64,000 bases of DNA from Macrostomum lignano (lineage: Eukaryota): the NCBI GenBank assembly GCA_002269645.1, contig NIVC01001389.1, positions 1-64,000 on the forward strand, given 5' to 3'. Shown here in pieces: positions 32,404-45,613 of this stretch (position 1 is its first letter; each line of letters starts with the position of its first letter). Under the pieces are notes generated by a model that saw only the letters and a program-made list of their open reading frames with translations, ran no database searches and was not told where the DNA came from. A program made the position numbers and the translations under genes.

Positions 32404-35400
32404 TCACTCCAGGACCTCCGCTCGCTTCTGCGCCACGCGCTCCTGGCGCCGCTTCCTGGCCTCCCTGGCGCGGGTCCGCCTGGCCTCGGCCTGGTCCATA
32501 AGCTGCTTAGTGCGAGCCCGCTCCGCCTTCTTCCTGTGGATGTGCTCAACCAGGACGCGCTTGTTCTTGAATCCGTTGCCCTTGCAGCTCATGTACAGCT
32601 GGTGGTACAGGTGCTTGTCGAGCTTCTTGGCCTCGCGGTAGCGCTTGAGCAGGCGGCGAAGGACGCGCATGCGGCGCATCCAGAGCACCTTCTCGGGCAT
32701 GCGGGCGTTAGCCGTGCCCTTGCGCTTGCCCTGGCCCATGTGGCGGCCCTTGCGCCTGGCGATCAGGTTCTTGCGGCAGCGGGCGCGCGAGTGGACAGCT
32801 ACCGGCTTGCGGATGATCAGGCCGTCCTTGACGAGCTTGCGGATGTTCTGCCGGCTGTTGGCATTGGCGATTTCGCTGTTCTCGTTGGGGTCCAGCCAGA
32901 TCTTAGCTTTGCCGCACTTGAGAACCGCGGCGGCCAGGCGCTTCTGTAGGCGCAGGTTGCTAGGTGGTGGAGAGGGCAGGGGCGATTGGGAATGAGGATT
33001 AATATGATTGCAGCCTGAATTACAGTGGCATTTGCGATCTTGAGTACAGTGTTGAACAATAAAACAGAATACAACAATATATAAAAATAAAATATAATTT
33101 AATTTACAAACCAGCCAGTGTTTTTGTCTATCAGCTATGCTAGCCTATAGTGCAAGACCTTCACTATAGCAAAGCACTAAATTAGATACCAAAAGTACCA
33201 AGCATAAGATACAATAGAATAAAAAATTGCAACCATAGCTAAAACCAAAAGTACAGCAAAGCTTTTGAGTATTTTTGAAATCATATCCTATGATTTTATC
33301 CTAGCTTGGAAAGAAGTTTGAATTTATAATTTATAATATTTTGATATATTAAACCTAAACTACAAAACATGAAAATGTAATCTTTTTCAGTTACAGAGTG
33401 GCCTAAAGAGCTTTTTAAGAATCTGGGCAGTGTGGTAATTACTGTTTTAGCAGCTGTTTCTTGTTAGTTATATTATCATTATATACAGTCTATTATGCAT
33501 ACTAGAACAAAAATCTATATTAGGCAAATAAATGCCAGTTTATGCAAAAAACAGAACAATTCCTTAAAATACTGTATATGCAAAAATCTCTTAAAGGAAA
33601 TCAGCTGACTTTTTTATGAGAACAAAACTAAATGAACTCTTGGCTAGGTGATTCCCAAGGTTGCACATGTATGTGCACAAGCTTAGGAATCACCTGATTA
33701 TTTCTATTGGCAACATGCACATGTAAGTTGCAATTGGTTAAGAGTAATCATGTGACTACTAACTATTTTGTCCAATAGTAGCATGTTAATTTAGATTATA
33801 TAATAAGACACACACAGAGTTTTGATTTTTATAGGTTGAGATTTTTGTTAGCTTTAGTAGACTGAATACTAACTGAATAAGAAATTGATTGTCATAACTG
33901 CTTTGTGTGACTTTTACTTTTATTGACTTGATTTGAATGTTGAATTACAAGTGCTACAATTCATATTATTGAAACAAAAAAGAGCTAGCCTAGAAGTGAA
34001 CATACATGTGCAACAGTCGGCCGAGTCAGCCGATCCGGCCAACCGATTTGGTGGCCAACCAAGGAAGTCGCAAAAATGCCCACCTGAAAAAATACCAAAG
34101 TACTAAGTACCAAAAGTACCAAGCATAGTTTTTGAGTATTTTTACTAGCCAATTCCAACCCCCGTTGGGGCTTTCCGTCAGAACTCCTACCAAAGTTTTC
34201 CCACACAAAAGAAATTCACCCAACTGAACCCCCCATCCAAAGAATCTCTCTGATGCAAATAATCTCACATGCAAAAAACCCTCATCCAAAGAATCCCAAT
34301 ACAAAGAACCCCCCATCGACAGAATCCCCAAATCCGAAGAATTCCCCATTCAAGGAATCCTCTATCTGTAGAATTCCCTATTTAATGAATCGCCCATCCA
34401 TAGAATCTCACATGCAAAGAATACCAATCCTTCCCGTCCCATCCCCATCCCATCCCATTGATAGAATCCCCGATCCGAAGAATTTCCCATTCAAGGAATC
34501 CTCCCATCTGAAGAATTCCCCGTCCAATGAATCCCTTATTCAAGAAATCCCCCATCCACAGAAACCCTCTATCCAAAGAATCCCCCCACCCATCCCTATC
34601 CAAAGAATCGCCCATCCATCCCTATCTAAAGAATCCCCCATCTATCCCTATCCCAAGAATCCTCCTATTCATCCCTATCCAAAGAATTTCCCCATCCATT
34701 CCTATCTAAATAATCCCCCTAACCATCTATATCCAAAAAATTCCTTCTCTAAAAAATCCCCCCTCTAAAGAATTCACATCCTTAAATAATCCCCCATCAA
34801 AAGAATAATTGGCCAAAGAATCCAGAATCCCCTCATCTAAAGAACACCCGTTCAAATAACCCCCATCTAAAGAATCATTTATCTAAAGAACCCCCCATTC
34901 AAAAAACCCTCCATTGAAACAATGCCCCACCGAAGAAATTGCCCAAAAATTTATCCATTAGAAGCATCCCTCATCCAAAGAATCATCAATCCATAGAATT
35001 CCCCCAAGACTTAACATCTCAGAAATTTCCCCAAGCCTCGACACCTCAGAAATTTTCCCTAAGCATTGACATCTAAGCAATTCCGGCGCAAGCCTTGACA
35101 TGATACCAATTTCTCCCCGTCCAAAGCCTTGACATCTCAGTAATTCCCCTCCCCAAGCCTTGATATCTCAGTAATTCTCCCAGTAAGCCTTGATATCTCA
35201 GTAATTCCTCCAGTAAGTCTTGACATCTCAGCAATTTCTGCCCGTCCAAAGCCTTGGCATCTTAGCGATTCCCCTCCCCGAGACTTAAGACCTCAGCAAT
35301 TCCTTTTTAAGCCTTCACACCTCAGCAATTCCCCCCACAAGCCTTGACATCTCAGTGATTCCCCCACAAGCCTTGGCATCTCAGCAAGTCCCTCTTAAGC

Positions 35401-38400
35401 CTTCACATGTCATTAATTCTCCAAGGTAAGATTTTATACATGTATCTCAATAATTCCCCTTGTAAATCTTGACATCTTAAAATTCTCTTCCGAGCAAGCA
35501 TCCCCCAAGAGCAAGCATCCTTCCGATAGCAAGCATCCCCTGATAGAAAGTACCCCCAGCAAGATTAGTGAAGCAATTTCCTCAGCTAGCCAATTCCAAC
35601 TCCCGTTGGGGCTTTCCGTCCAAACTCCAGCCACAGTTTTCCTACGCAATAAAATTTCACCCAACTGAATCTCCCATACAAAGAATCCCTCATCCAAAGA
35701 ATACACCACCCATAAAATCCACGATACAAAGAATCTCACATGCAAAGAAGCCGCCATCAAAAAAACCTCCCATCGATAGAATCACCGATCCCAAGAATTC
35801 CCCATTCAAGGAATTCTCCTATCTGAAGAATTGCCCATCCATAGAATCTTACATGCAGAGAATCCCCATCCAAAGAACCCCCATCAATAGAATCCCCGAT
35901 CCAAAGAATCCCCCTATCCATCCCTATCCAAAAAATCCCCGACCTCCATCCATATCAAAAAATCCCCCATCCAAAGAACCCCTATCAATAGAATCCCGGA
36001 TCCAAAGAATTTCCCATTCAAGGACTTCTCCTATCTGAAGAATTTCCCATCCAATGCATTGCCCATCCATAACATCTGGGCAATGCATGCCTCATTCACA
36101 GAATCCCCATCGAAAGAATCCTCCACTCATTCATATCCAAAGAATCCCCCATCCATTCCTAACTAAAGAATCTCCCTCCAAAGAATCCCCATGCAAATAA
36201 TCCACATCCAAATAATCCCCATCCACAGAATCTCCATCCACATTATCCATTGATTCTCCCATCAAAAGAATAACTGGCCAAAGAATACCTTCATCTAAAA
36301 AACCCGTTCAAAAAATTCACGTCCAAATAATCCCAATCAACAGAATCCCCCATTCAAGGAATCCAAAGAATCTCCCATCCAAATAATCCACCCATTAACA
36401 GAATTCTTGGCCAAAGAATCCTTTCATCTCCTCGAGATATCCATTAGAAGCATCTCTCGTTCAAAGATTCCCCAATCCATAGAATTACCCCCCAAGACTT
36501 AACATCTCAGCAATTCCCACCAAGCCTTGACACCTCAGAAATTCCCTCCAAGCCTTGACATCTCAGCAATTCACTCTTAAGCCTTGGCATCTCAGTAATT
36601 CTCTCAGTAAGCCCTTATATCTCAGTAATTCCCCCAGTAAGTCTTGACATCTCAGCAATTCCCCTCACGTCTTGATATTTCAGCAATTTCCTCTCAGCCT
36701 TAGCATCTAAGTGTAATAAAAATTTTTGAATATGGACTACATGAATACTCGTAGCTTCTTTTCTACCTGATTTACCTGACGTTTTTTTAGTTTTCTTTAG
36801 CTAAAAAGTTTAAAATTAATTTTTTTAATAAAAAAGCTTTTACAAATTAAAAATTCGAACCCACGTCGCTGCATTAGCAGGTCAGTCTGTTTACCTCTAG
36901 GCTATCTCTCATCGTTTTGAAAACATAAATTGATAACATAAATTGTCGCACTTATATAACTCAACACTTTCAAAACTCCACGCACAGAGTAAATCACGTG
37001 AAGCAGTTATGACAATTTCTCAGGCAGTCTGTATCAGTTTCAATTTAAAGTCACCAATATAGTTACGCAATCTAAATCTAAATTCAATGGGGCTGGCTGG
37101 AATTGTGGAGTTTGCGATATTGGAGAGCGTACAATCAGTAAATAAAGTAAAGTTCATAGGAATCTTCTTTTTAATGCTGTGCTTTTAATTTTTCGAATCT
37201 CAGCAAAGAAATTATATTCCCGAACTCAGCGTTTCAAGCTCTTTCTTGCAATACAAGGCTCTCTTCTGAAAGTGAAAAACTCGAAGCACAAACAACGATT
37301 GAACATTCCTGCTTTAAAGCATTCAAATTCATAAGGTGTACATTCAACACTAGCTACAGTGAGAGGCTTTCAAGTTGATGCATTGAAATTAACAACTAAG
37401 CCAGCCCATGAATAATTGAATAGCGACACCTGCCCCTCAATTAAAATGTGTTGCGCAACCTTTCAATGCTTGCAGCTCTCCACGCGAGTGTGGAGAACCA
37501 ATGCTATAGTTGGCACTGAGTTATGATGCAATACAATTCCATCGGCAGTCAGACTGCTTCTCAATCGGAAAGAACTGTTTGAACTTTAAAAAAACAGGGA
37601 GAAAATCGAGTTTTTCGAATATTTAAGCCCGAAAAAATGAAGCAATTTCTTAGCAAAATGTTGTGTACCAGCGCACCATCAATACGCATCGAATGCAGAA
37701 AACCCCACGAAATTCCGACTATGTAGAGTCAAGTTAAGCAAAGGTTCCTATAGGTACATAGTTTTGATTTTTAGTATATTAGAAAATCATATACTATGAT
37801 TTTATCCTAGCTTGAGAAAGAAACTACTACTTGGTACTAACTCAATAGCTTAGTACTAAGTAGCTGACGAGGCATTTTGACTTAATAAGACAGTCATAGT
37901 TACTCCTGCTGTTTACCCAAAGTTGCATTAATTTTGTGTTAGGGTTTTTTACATGTAAGTTGCATTTTTGACCAAAAACTATGTCGCATTTTTGTTAAAA
38001 CTAAGTCGCATGGCCAACCGAATTTTGGAGGTTGTGCATGTATGGAAGTGAATAGATTGAACTGCTAATGTAGCAAAATAGCAATGCAGATTTGAATACT
38101 AAGGGAAACTTGCTATGGGAAGAATGCTAGCTATCTGGGGTTGCTTGCTTTATATAAGGGTTGTTTGCTTTTGGGGATGCTTGTTTGGGAGAATTGCTCA
38201 AATGTTGAGACTTACTAAAATAATAACCTGAATAACTGAGATATCAAGGCTTACTAGAGAAATTGCTAAGATATAATTTACTTATTATTATAATAAGTAT
38301 ATTATTAATATATTAATATTATTTATAATTATTAATATATTATTATTAATATTATTAATATAGAATTATTGAGATGTTAAGCCTTGAGAAAAAATGTTGA

Positions 38401-41400
38401 GATAGCAAGGCTTAAAAGGAAGTACTATGATGGCAAGGCCTAAATGGCATTGCTGAGATATCAATGCTTATAAAGGAATTGTTAAGATGTAAAGGCTTAT
38501 AGAAATGGAAATGTTCATCCCTATGGTCCCATACCAATAATTCCAATTTTATCCACACAGATCTGTCTTGATAATTTCCAACTTATCCCCACAGCAACTT
38601 ATTGAAATAGCTGCCACCATTCAAGTATTTAGACCGTGTCAATAATTCTAATTTTATTCACACAGATCCATGTCAATAATTTTCAGCTTATCCTCATGGC
38701 AGATTAGAAGAGAGAATCTTAAAATGAATCTGTAAAAAGCTGTCTATTTGTTTTCACTGTTTTACAAATCTTCCTATTCAAATAAACTACTGAATACTAA
38801 AAACTTTTTCATCATTGAAAGGGTTAATTTTAAATATTTGCTTAGCTGTCAGATTTGCTTAGAACAACTGAACAATCCTAAGATTGAGGCAAATAAGACT
38901 TGCAAAATTCAAAATTTAATATGTAATAATAATGATTAATAATACTAATAATAATGACAATATAGATTTAATGTTAGTATTATAAAACTAAATACAAACA
39001 ACTGCACAATCTTAGCTGTGGGGATAAGCTAAAAATTATTAACATGGATCCATGTGGATAAAATTGTAATTATTGACATGGCATATAGACCTGAATGGTG
39101 GCAGCTATTTCAATTAGCTGCTATGGGGATAAGCTTGAAATTATTGACATGGATAGGTATAGATAAAATTGAAATTATTAGTATAGGACCATGGGGATAA
39201 GCATTTCTTAGGGAAATTGCTAAGATATCAAGTCTTGGGGGGAATTACTAGGCCTAAGATATTAAGGCTTGCTAAGGGAATTACAAAAATGTCAAGTCTT
39301 ATAGAGTCTTGGGGTGGGAATAGCTGATGTCGAGGCTTTGAATTGCTTAGATGTCAAGGCTTAAGCTAAGGGCAATTGCTAAGATATAAAGGCTAAGGTT
39401 AGAAGCTACATATATAGTTATTAAAAAATTATTATATCCTTTGTTTGCTCCCTAATAGGAAAGAAGAGATTGCTAGTTTTATTCTAGACACTTTCAAATA
39501 AATAGCACTTAGGCCGACTATATTATGCAATTTAAACTCCTATATATCCTATTGAAAATGAGGGTAAATATTAAGAGGTTATTCAACTAATAGCCTGAAA
39601 GTTGATTAACAGGGTCCTAGTCATTTTGTCAACTGGCCATTTTGTCAACTTGGTTTTATCACTGGTTGTTTCGTCAACTAGCCAATGAAGCAATCTCAAA
39701 CCTTAGTCACTTCGTCAACTGGCCAACAAGAAGTGTTCCAACATTGGTCAGTTCATCAACTGCCAATAAACTACCCCCCGCAGCTGCAAAAAAGTAAAAC
39801 TGAACCCTGAAATGACTAAGTCGACAGGCTAATTAATATTCATACCCTTCTGCAACATCTGCCGACTTTCGATTGATGCATCTCTGTTATACACTTGTAC
39901 ATGTACTAACAAAATATAATGTGCTCATGTGTTTGAAATGTGTGCAGCACAACGAGGTTGACATCCCATGTTACACATTTGTATATGTTAAATTTTGAGT
40001 GCAGAAGTTAAGAAGTAGTACATATAGTTGAGGAGTACCCGGACCAAAGATAATGCTTAAAGTGGCCGGGTCCTCTATTCGCAAAACATACACATATAGA
40101 AAGCATTCCAAATCAAGCCATTATATACATTAATGTGGCCATGTATGACTGCGCAGCAGGTTGCTTGGATGGAACAGGTTGGCGTGGTGATACAAAAGCT
40201 GCGTTGTCACTTGCATAGGCAATCTTGAAGGCGGCACACAGCAGGCCAGCATGCACCACATCAACTTGTTGATTGAACAACTTCATCAGCGTCCAGGCAA
40301 TTGACAATGTATAGCAGGATGGTCTTGATTACTACCTCGCCTAGAACAATGCTGCCCTCAAGCAGTCAGCTGCATGTATATTAAGCTGGCTTTGCAGACT
40401 GCACGACTCCCCCAGACTACATGTAAATATACTGTAGCTCAAGCCAGTAGTGTTGGAACATACTATTTATTAGAACATACTATTTGATGAGAGGGCACAT
40501 TGCACATAATTTCTTCTAATCTAAGGGCACCCAACTCCTGCTGTTATATCAGTTTGTGGCATTATGACATAACTAGGGCCAATATCCAATTCTGTGTTGG
40601 AGTAGCCGAAAGTCTAGCTGAAAATGCTCAAATTTTCAACTAATTCAAACATTGTGCAACTGTACTGCACTCATTTCAAGGACTGCGCTTAAGTGACTTC
40701 AGTGGTCCAATTGACTGGGGCGCCAGTGCCATGAGTTTGCTGAAAGATGTCAATCTGTATCTCGCTCTATGGCTGGTGGGATAGCCACCTTGTCAGGGTC
40801 AGCAGTACTTTTGGTAGCTTAAAAGATTTCTTGCTCATGGTGCAGGGCTTGCAAAACATGGCCAAGTCTTGTGCAGCTACATGAGCAAGAATGCACGAAT
40901 CAAGAGTATGCCGCTGTGGTACTACACCCAATATTGCCAATCGGTTTGTGCATCTACCTGTGCCTTTGCATCTGTCTGCTTGTGTTTGCTTGTGCTTTCT
41001 TATAGTGCATTGTACATTTTAGTGTTAAGCATAACAGGAGTGAAATACCTTAATACATGTATGGCATAATCAATTGATGAGCATACATGAATTGTGTGTA
41101 ATTATATACTCTGATCAAGACTCAAGAGCATTACTAGATATCAAGATTCGCTGCAGGGGCTTCGGTTGACTATGCACAGCAGGGTGGAAGGGTGGGAAGG
41201 TGCACGTAGTCTACCAATTTTCACGACTCCATATATAGGGGACTTTATAGCAGTCCTTGATGCCTTTTGATAGGAGAAATACCCATGTTATGTAGTCGCA
41301 TGTATGGTCGCATAACAAACAAATACTCAAAGATTCATTAATCTTAAGGGTGACATATCTGCATAGAATATTTTTGCATTGAAACATTTAACCTAATGGA

Positions 41401-42065
41401 CATACAGTCTGATATTGCAAAATTGCAAAATTTATTCGTTTTTAAAAAATAATATAAAGCAATTAATAAAACAAGTCATTGATATAACAATAATTGTAGG
41501 CCTAAGCTATATACAAGATATGCAGCCGTATCAGCTACATACATATATCATTCATATAATGAAAATTTTAGTCACTTTGTCAACAAGCAAATGGGAAGGA
41601 CCTAGGTATTGGTCACTTCATCAACTACCAATAAAGTCGCCCCAACACTTTGGTCACTTCATCAACCAAGTTGACGGAATGCCAGTTGACGAAATGACCA
41701 TCACCCGATTAACACAATTTTAGACAAATAAGTTTCTAGTTTATTTGTCTGCTGAAATATTTATTATTTTCTTTTAAAATTGCTTGCTAAAAATTGTTTT
41801 TCTAAAAATTGCAGCAACTGAGCAAATATTTCAAGGACCATCAGTGGACATTGGTATATTGCATTGGAAAACAAATATAATATAATATGGATGGAGACGA
41901 AGTGTAGGCTAGGCTATGATAAAAAATTAAAAAAAAAATTAAATATAATTGGACACTTATTAGACAATAGACATCAGACTGGCAGTTTTCACAATAGGCC
42001 CTAGTTAGGCCTAATTCAACATGTAATTCAAGCAAATAAATAATGAAAGAGCAGTCTTACCTCAT
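32404..42065 (-). CDS. RPL19: 60S ribosomal protein L19 (eL19)
   Basis: Main exon 32959-32404: (MS)[26 protein letters not shown]...[10 protein letters not shown]...[23 protein letters not shown]... It begins at phase 2 after ccacctAG. The only matching ATG-AG|GTAAG exon I found is 42065-42061, preceded by a pyrimidine tract cttctttt. Confidence 0.93.
34001..38044. mobile_element. 4044-bp non-autonomous TIR DNA transposon, same family as 672-961
   Basis: TIR CATACATGTGCAAC (34001-34014) / GTTGTGCATGTATG (38031-38044). Exact 8-bp TSD GAAGTGAA (33993-34000, 38045-38052). Both ends align to the 290-bp MITE in reverse orientation. Confidence 0.92.
38508..39207. repeat. Foldback: about 200-bp diverged inverted arms (38508-38705 / 39008-39207) around an AT-rich spacer
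   Basis: gaaatgttcatccctatggtcccatac vs reverse complement gaaatgcttatccccatggtcctatac; tgaaatagctgccaccattca vs tgaatggtggcagctatttca. Confidence 0.85.
39612..41706. mobile_element. About 2.1-kb non-autonomous TIR DNA transposon with GGGT termini
   Basis: About 45-bp imperfect TIR gggtcctagtcattttgtcaactggcc...aacttggtt / rc gggtgatggtcatttcgtcaactggc...aacttggtt. Exact 8-bp TSD GATTAACA (39604-39611, 41707-41714). Subterminal gtcaact repeats. Confidence 0.85.
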
Positions 42066-42908
42066 TCTTCAAAAGAAGTATATGGCCAAATCAGGGCCTT
42101 TGCTAAAGAATGTATTGTACTCCTAATTCTGCTCACTAATGCTAAATTTAATATTTACATGTAAACGTTCCGTCATTTGTCTTGCACTAAGGTAATATTT
42201 TTTCCTTTACAAGGATAAAAAAGTTTAATTAAATTTATTTATTAAAGAGAATAAAAGCTTTTAAACAATGTTAGCTGAGCGAAGTGTTGTATTTTTTGTT
42301 AATATCGTTTGTCCTTAAAATTAAATGTGGCCGCACTTTTTTAAATATTTATCATTATAAAAATTTTTAAATGACTAACGTAAATATTGCCAATATATCT
42401 CTTTACATTTCGTCTTTCGATATTTGATATTGACTGATTAAGACCTATATACTTATTTTAAGCACCTACTGGATGCATTGCCCTCCATCAAGTTTATGCA
42501 GTACCCGTTTTATAATTCCTTATATGTACTTTTCGTTTAGTTAGCCGTTAAACTTGAAGTTCGAACGAAGATTCGTAGAAATTTTTTACAAAACTCGTAC
42601 TTTTAAGGTACCCTCCTGGCCTCTTGAATTACTATTAAATACATAGAATTATACTGGCCAAACATGATTTTTGCCTGAGCCAAACTTACTACTACTACTA
42701 CTACTTTCAATCCTAGGTTGAACCTTGAACTGTCTGTTCATATAGGCCTAGCCTGAGCCACAAAATCTAATTCCTATCTACTAAAAAACTTTAAATATTA
42801 TTTATTAACTAAGGCTTTGCCATTTTTACTTAATCGCTTTGCTTTTAGTATTAATGCTTCAAAGTTATAATGTTTACTAAAGCTGGCTTTTTGTCAAAGC
42901 CAATCTTG

Positions 42909-44712
42909 ATGCAGGGATTCCCCAAGTTATATTCAAGATTGATATTTGGAAATAACAAAATCTCTGCTTTTAAAGCACCAAATGCCATGATTTTTTACAG
43001 AAGAAACATCACCCACGAGATAAACTGACTTTATAAAAATACAGCTACAGATTGAAAGGATTTTTTACAATTTGCCAAAAACTGGTGCTTTTTTATCTCC
43101 ACACGACCACAGTGTAATAAATTGATATTCAATTTTGAGTACTTCTGCTTGCTCTCTGTTGCTGAAAATTGACATGCAGGACTTCACCCAGACACTAATC
43201 AATTATCATAACTCAAACTGAACTCAAAGCTTCATGCTCGAGAACTATTTGAGAAAAACTGATATTCCTTTTTATATAGCATAGTGTAACATTTTATATT
43301 GAGTTGAAAGTTTTTTTGCACTGAATAAATTATAATTTAGATGAAACTCAATTAGCTTTTTAGTCTTAATTGTTTAATTAAATAATAATTTAATAATTAG
43401 ATTAAAAAAAAGCAGACAGAATACTTGCCGATTGTGGAAAAAGTTTAAAAGGCATGTTAACTTATAGCATAGCACCTGCATTTTCATCTAGCAAAAATGA
43501 AGCAAAACAAGCAGTTTTTGTTCCTTTCTGCTGTTAAATGCATTCTATGGGTCACATTGTAGACCAAATGCATTTGTCTTAAGAATTGCTCTCTTTATAA
43601 TTTTATCCTGCTTGTCGAAGTAAGACATCATCCAAAAGGAATGTCTTGTTGTCTAGTAAAAGAGAACGAAGAAATTGACTACTCAGATTCAGTATGATAG
43701 TAGACCGGCTGATATACTAAAACTTTACCAAAAGCTAAAACTTTTTGCACAAATTCTCATGTATTGTTACATGCTTCTCTATAGACCAAAAATAAGACCT
43801 GCATCTATTTCTGAAGAGTCAGGGTCAAAAAAATAAAAAACTTGGCCTTCTAAACTTTTTGCACAAATTTGGAATGGTGTGTCCTTATAGTCTAGAAGTC
43901 CTTGAATAGCATACGCGTCATGCATATTTAATGCTGCACAAAGCTAAGCCTTTGAATTGTATGCTAATCAATCAGTTGAGTAAATTGGTGCAGTTCGAGC
44001 AGTAGAAGTTTGTCTCTTCTTGCGTTGTCAATGCACAGATGCAGTGGATCCAGTCTAGACAGGATAAGCACTCGATCTACCAGTAGTGCATGCACAAGAA
44101 TTAAAATTAAAAGTAAAGTGAATTGTGTGTATGCATGGATATTTGGCACAGAGGCTGTAGCAGGTATTTACATGTATATATGTACAAGAATTTTACAACT
44201 CACCTAATAAATTGTTGCTGCACTGTCTGCTTTTGGTGGCTCTTCTGCTTGACAAATGGCACAAGAACCTTGGTTGCTATCGACATCACTTTTGCTGATT
44301 ACTCGAGCAACGAAATCGAATATAGCTATATCTACATGCACATGTAATACACTGGAGATAGGAACATCATTTTTTCTCAAATAGTTCTCAAGCATGAAGC
44401 TTTGAGTTCAGTTTGAGTTATGATAATTGATTAGTGTCTGGGTAAAGTCCTGCATGTCAATTTTCAGCAACAAAGAGCAAGCAGAAGTACTCGAAATTGA
44501 ATATCAATTTATTACACTGTGGAGATAAAAAAGCACCAGTTTTTGGCAAATTGTAAAAAATCCTTTCAATCTGTAGCCGTAATTTTTTTTAAGTCAGTTT
44601 ATCTTGTGGGTGATGTTTCTTCTGTAAAAAATCATGGCATTTGGTGCTTTAAAAGCAGAGATTTTGTTATTTCCAAATATCGATCTTGAGTATAACTTGG
44701 AGAATCCCTGCA
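42909..44712. mobile_element. Foldback-type element with about 350-bp inverted arms (42909-43270 / 44370-44712)
   Basis: Arms are near-identical reverse complements (e.g. ggaaataacaaaatctctgcttttaaagcaccaaatgccatga); atgcaggg...ccctgcat at the ends. TSD not resolved. Confidence 0.85.
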
Positions 44713-45461
44713 TTCTTTATTGGCATTGCTAGGCCTAGTTAGTCAAATTGTGGCAATCCTCTAGTTTTGCACATTTAATCATTTTTCAAAAAAGTGACTT
44801 TATTAGTTACTGCGAGTAAATATTTGAACTTGCACAAGTGTAAAATATTGCAGTTATGTGGCAGATGTTGATATTATGTCTATGATTATGGTTATTATTT
44901 ATTAGGCCTAGTTTGAGATGGCTAAAGCCTAATATAAAAAATATTGTCAGGAGAATGATGGTATTTGTGAGTCTAATAGATGTATTGTATACAAAGTTTT
45001 TGCATCAATAGGACATCTGTGGATTACTATTTTTGGACCATCAACAGACCAAGCATATTTGCTACAATTCTACTTGTAGTAGCATAATGTGCATACCAAA
45101 ATTTGGCTTTTAAAATTTTTATTTAATTATTTTTAATTGCTTTTGCGATTATTAAAAACAAAGCAAGTTTGTTTTAGAATTGCTATTCATAGAAATTAAT
45201 GAATGTTATAATAAGTGCTAATAATAATTTCTTGTTTTACCTACCTAAATTATAATTATTCATTTGTATATAATAACTTTACAAACAAACTAAACCAAGT
45301 GGTATGAGCATATTAGAGAATATTAAAATATGTAGCAAACATATAGTAAAAATAAAACTATTATTCCATGAACCCGCAGATATAACACAATGTGAAGAAA
45401 AAGTAAGCAAAAAGTATATAAAATTTTACAACATATACTAATCAACAGTCATGACAAAAAG

Positions 45462-45613
45462 CAGTTGCGCAGCCAGAAAAGGGCATAGCCCCTCAAAGCT
45501 CTAAAAGTTTTGAAAATGCCATTGCTATTTATATAAAATACTGCTAAGTGGTGTCATTGTAGATAGCCACCTGCCTTCCCCCCCCCCAAAAAAAAATCCT
45601 GGCTGTGCCACTG
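45462..45613. mobile_element. Short degenerate MITE
   Basis: Ends cagttgcgcagccagaa / tcctggctgtgccactg are imperfect inverted repeats; no clean TSD. Confidence 0.4.

Noticed and set aside
36850-36910. tRNA-Ser-like head on the minus strand inside the 4-kb element
   Set aside because: Only degraded A/B boxes; no complete cloverleaf or SINE body.
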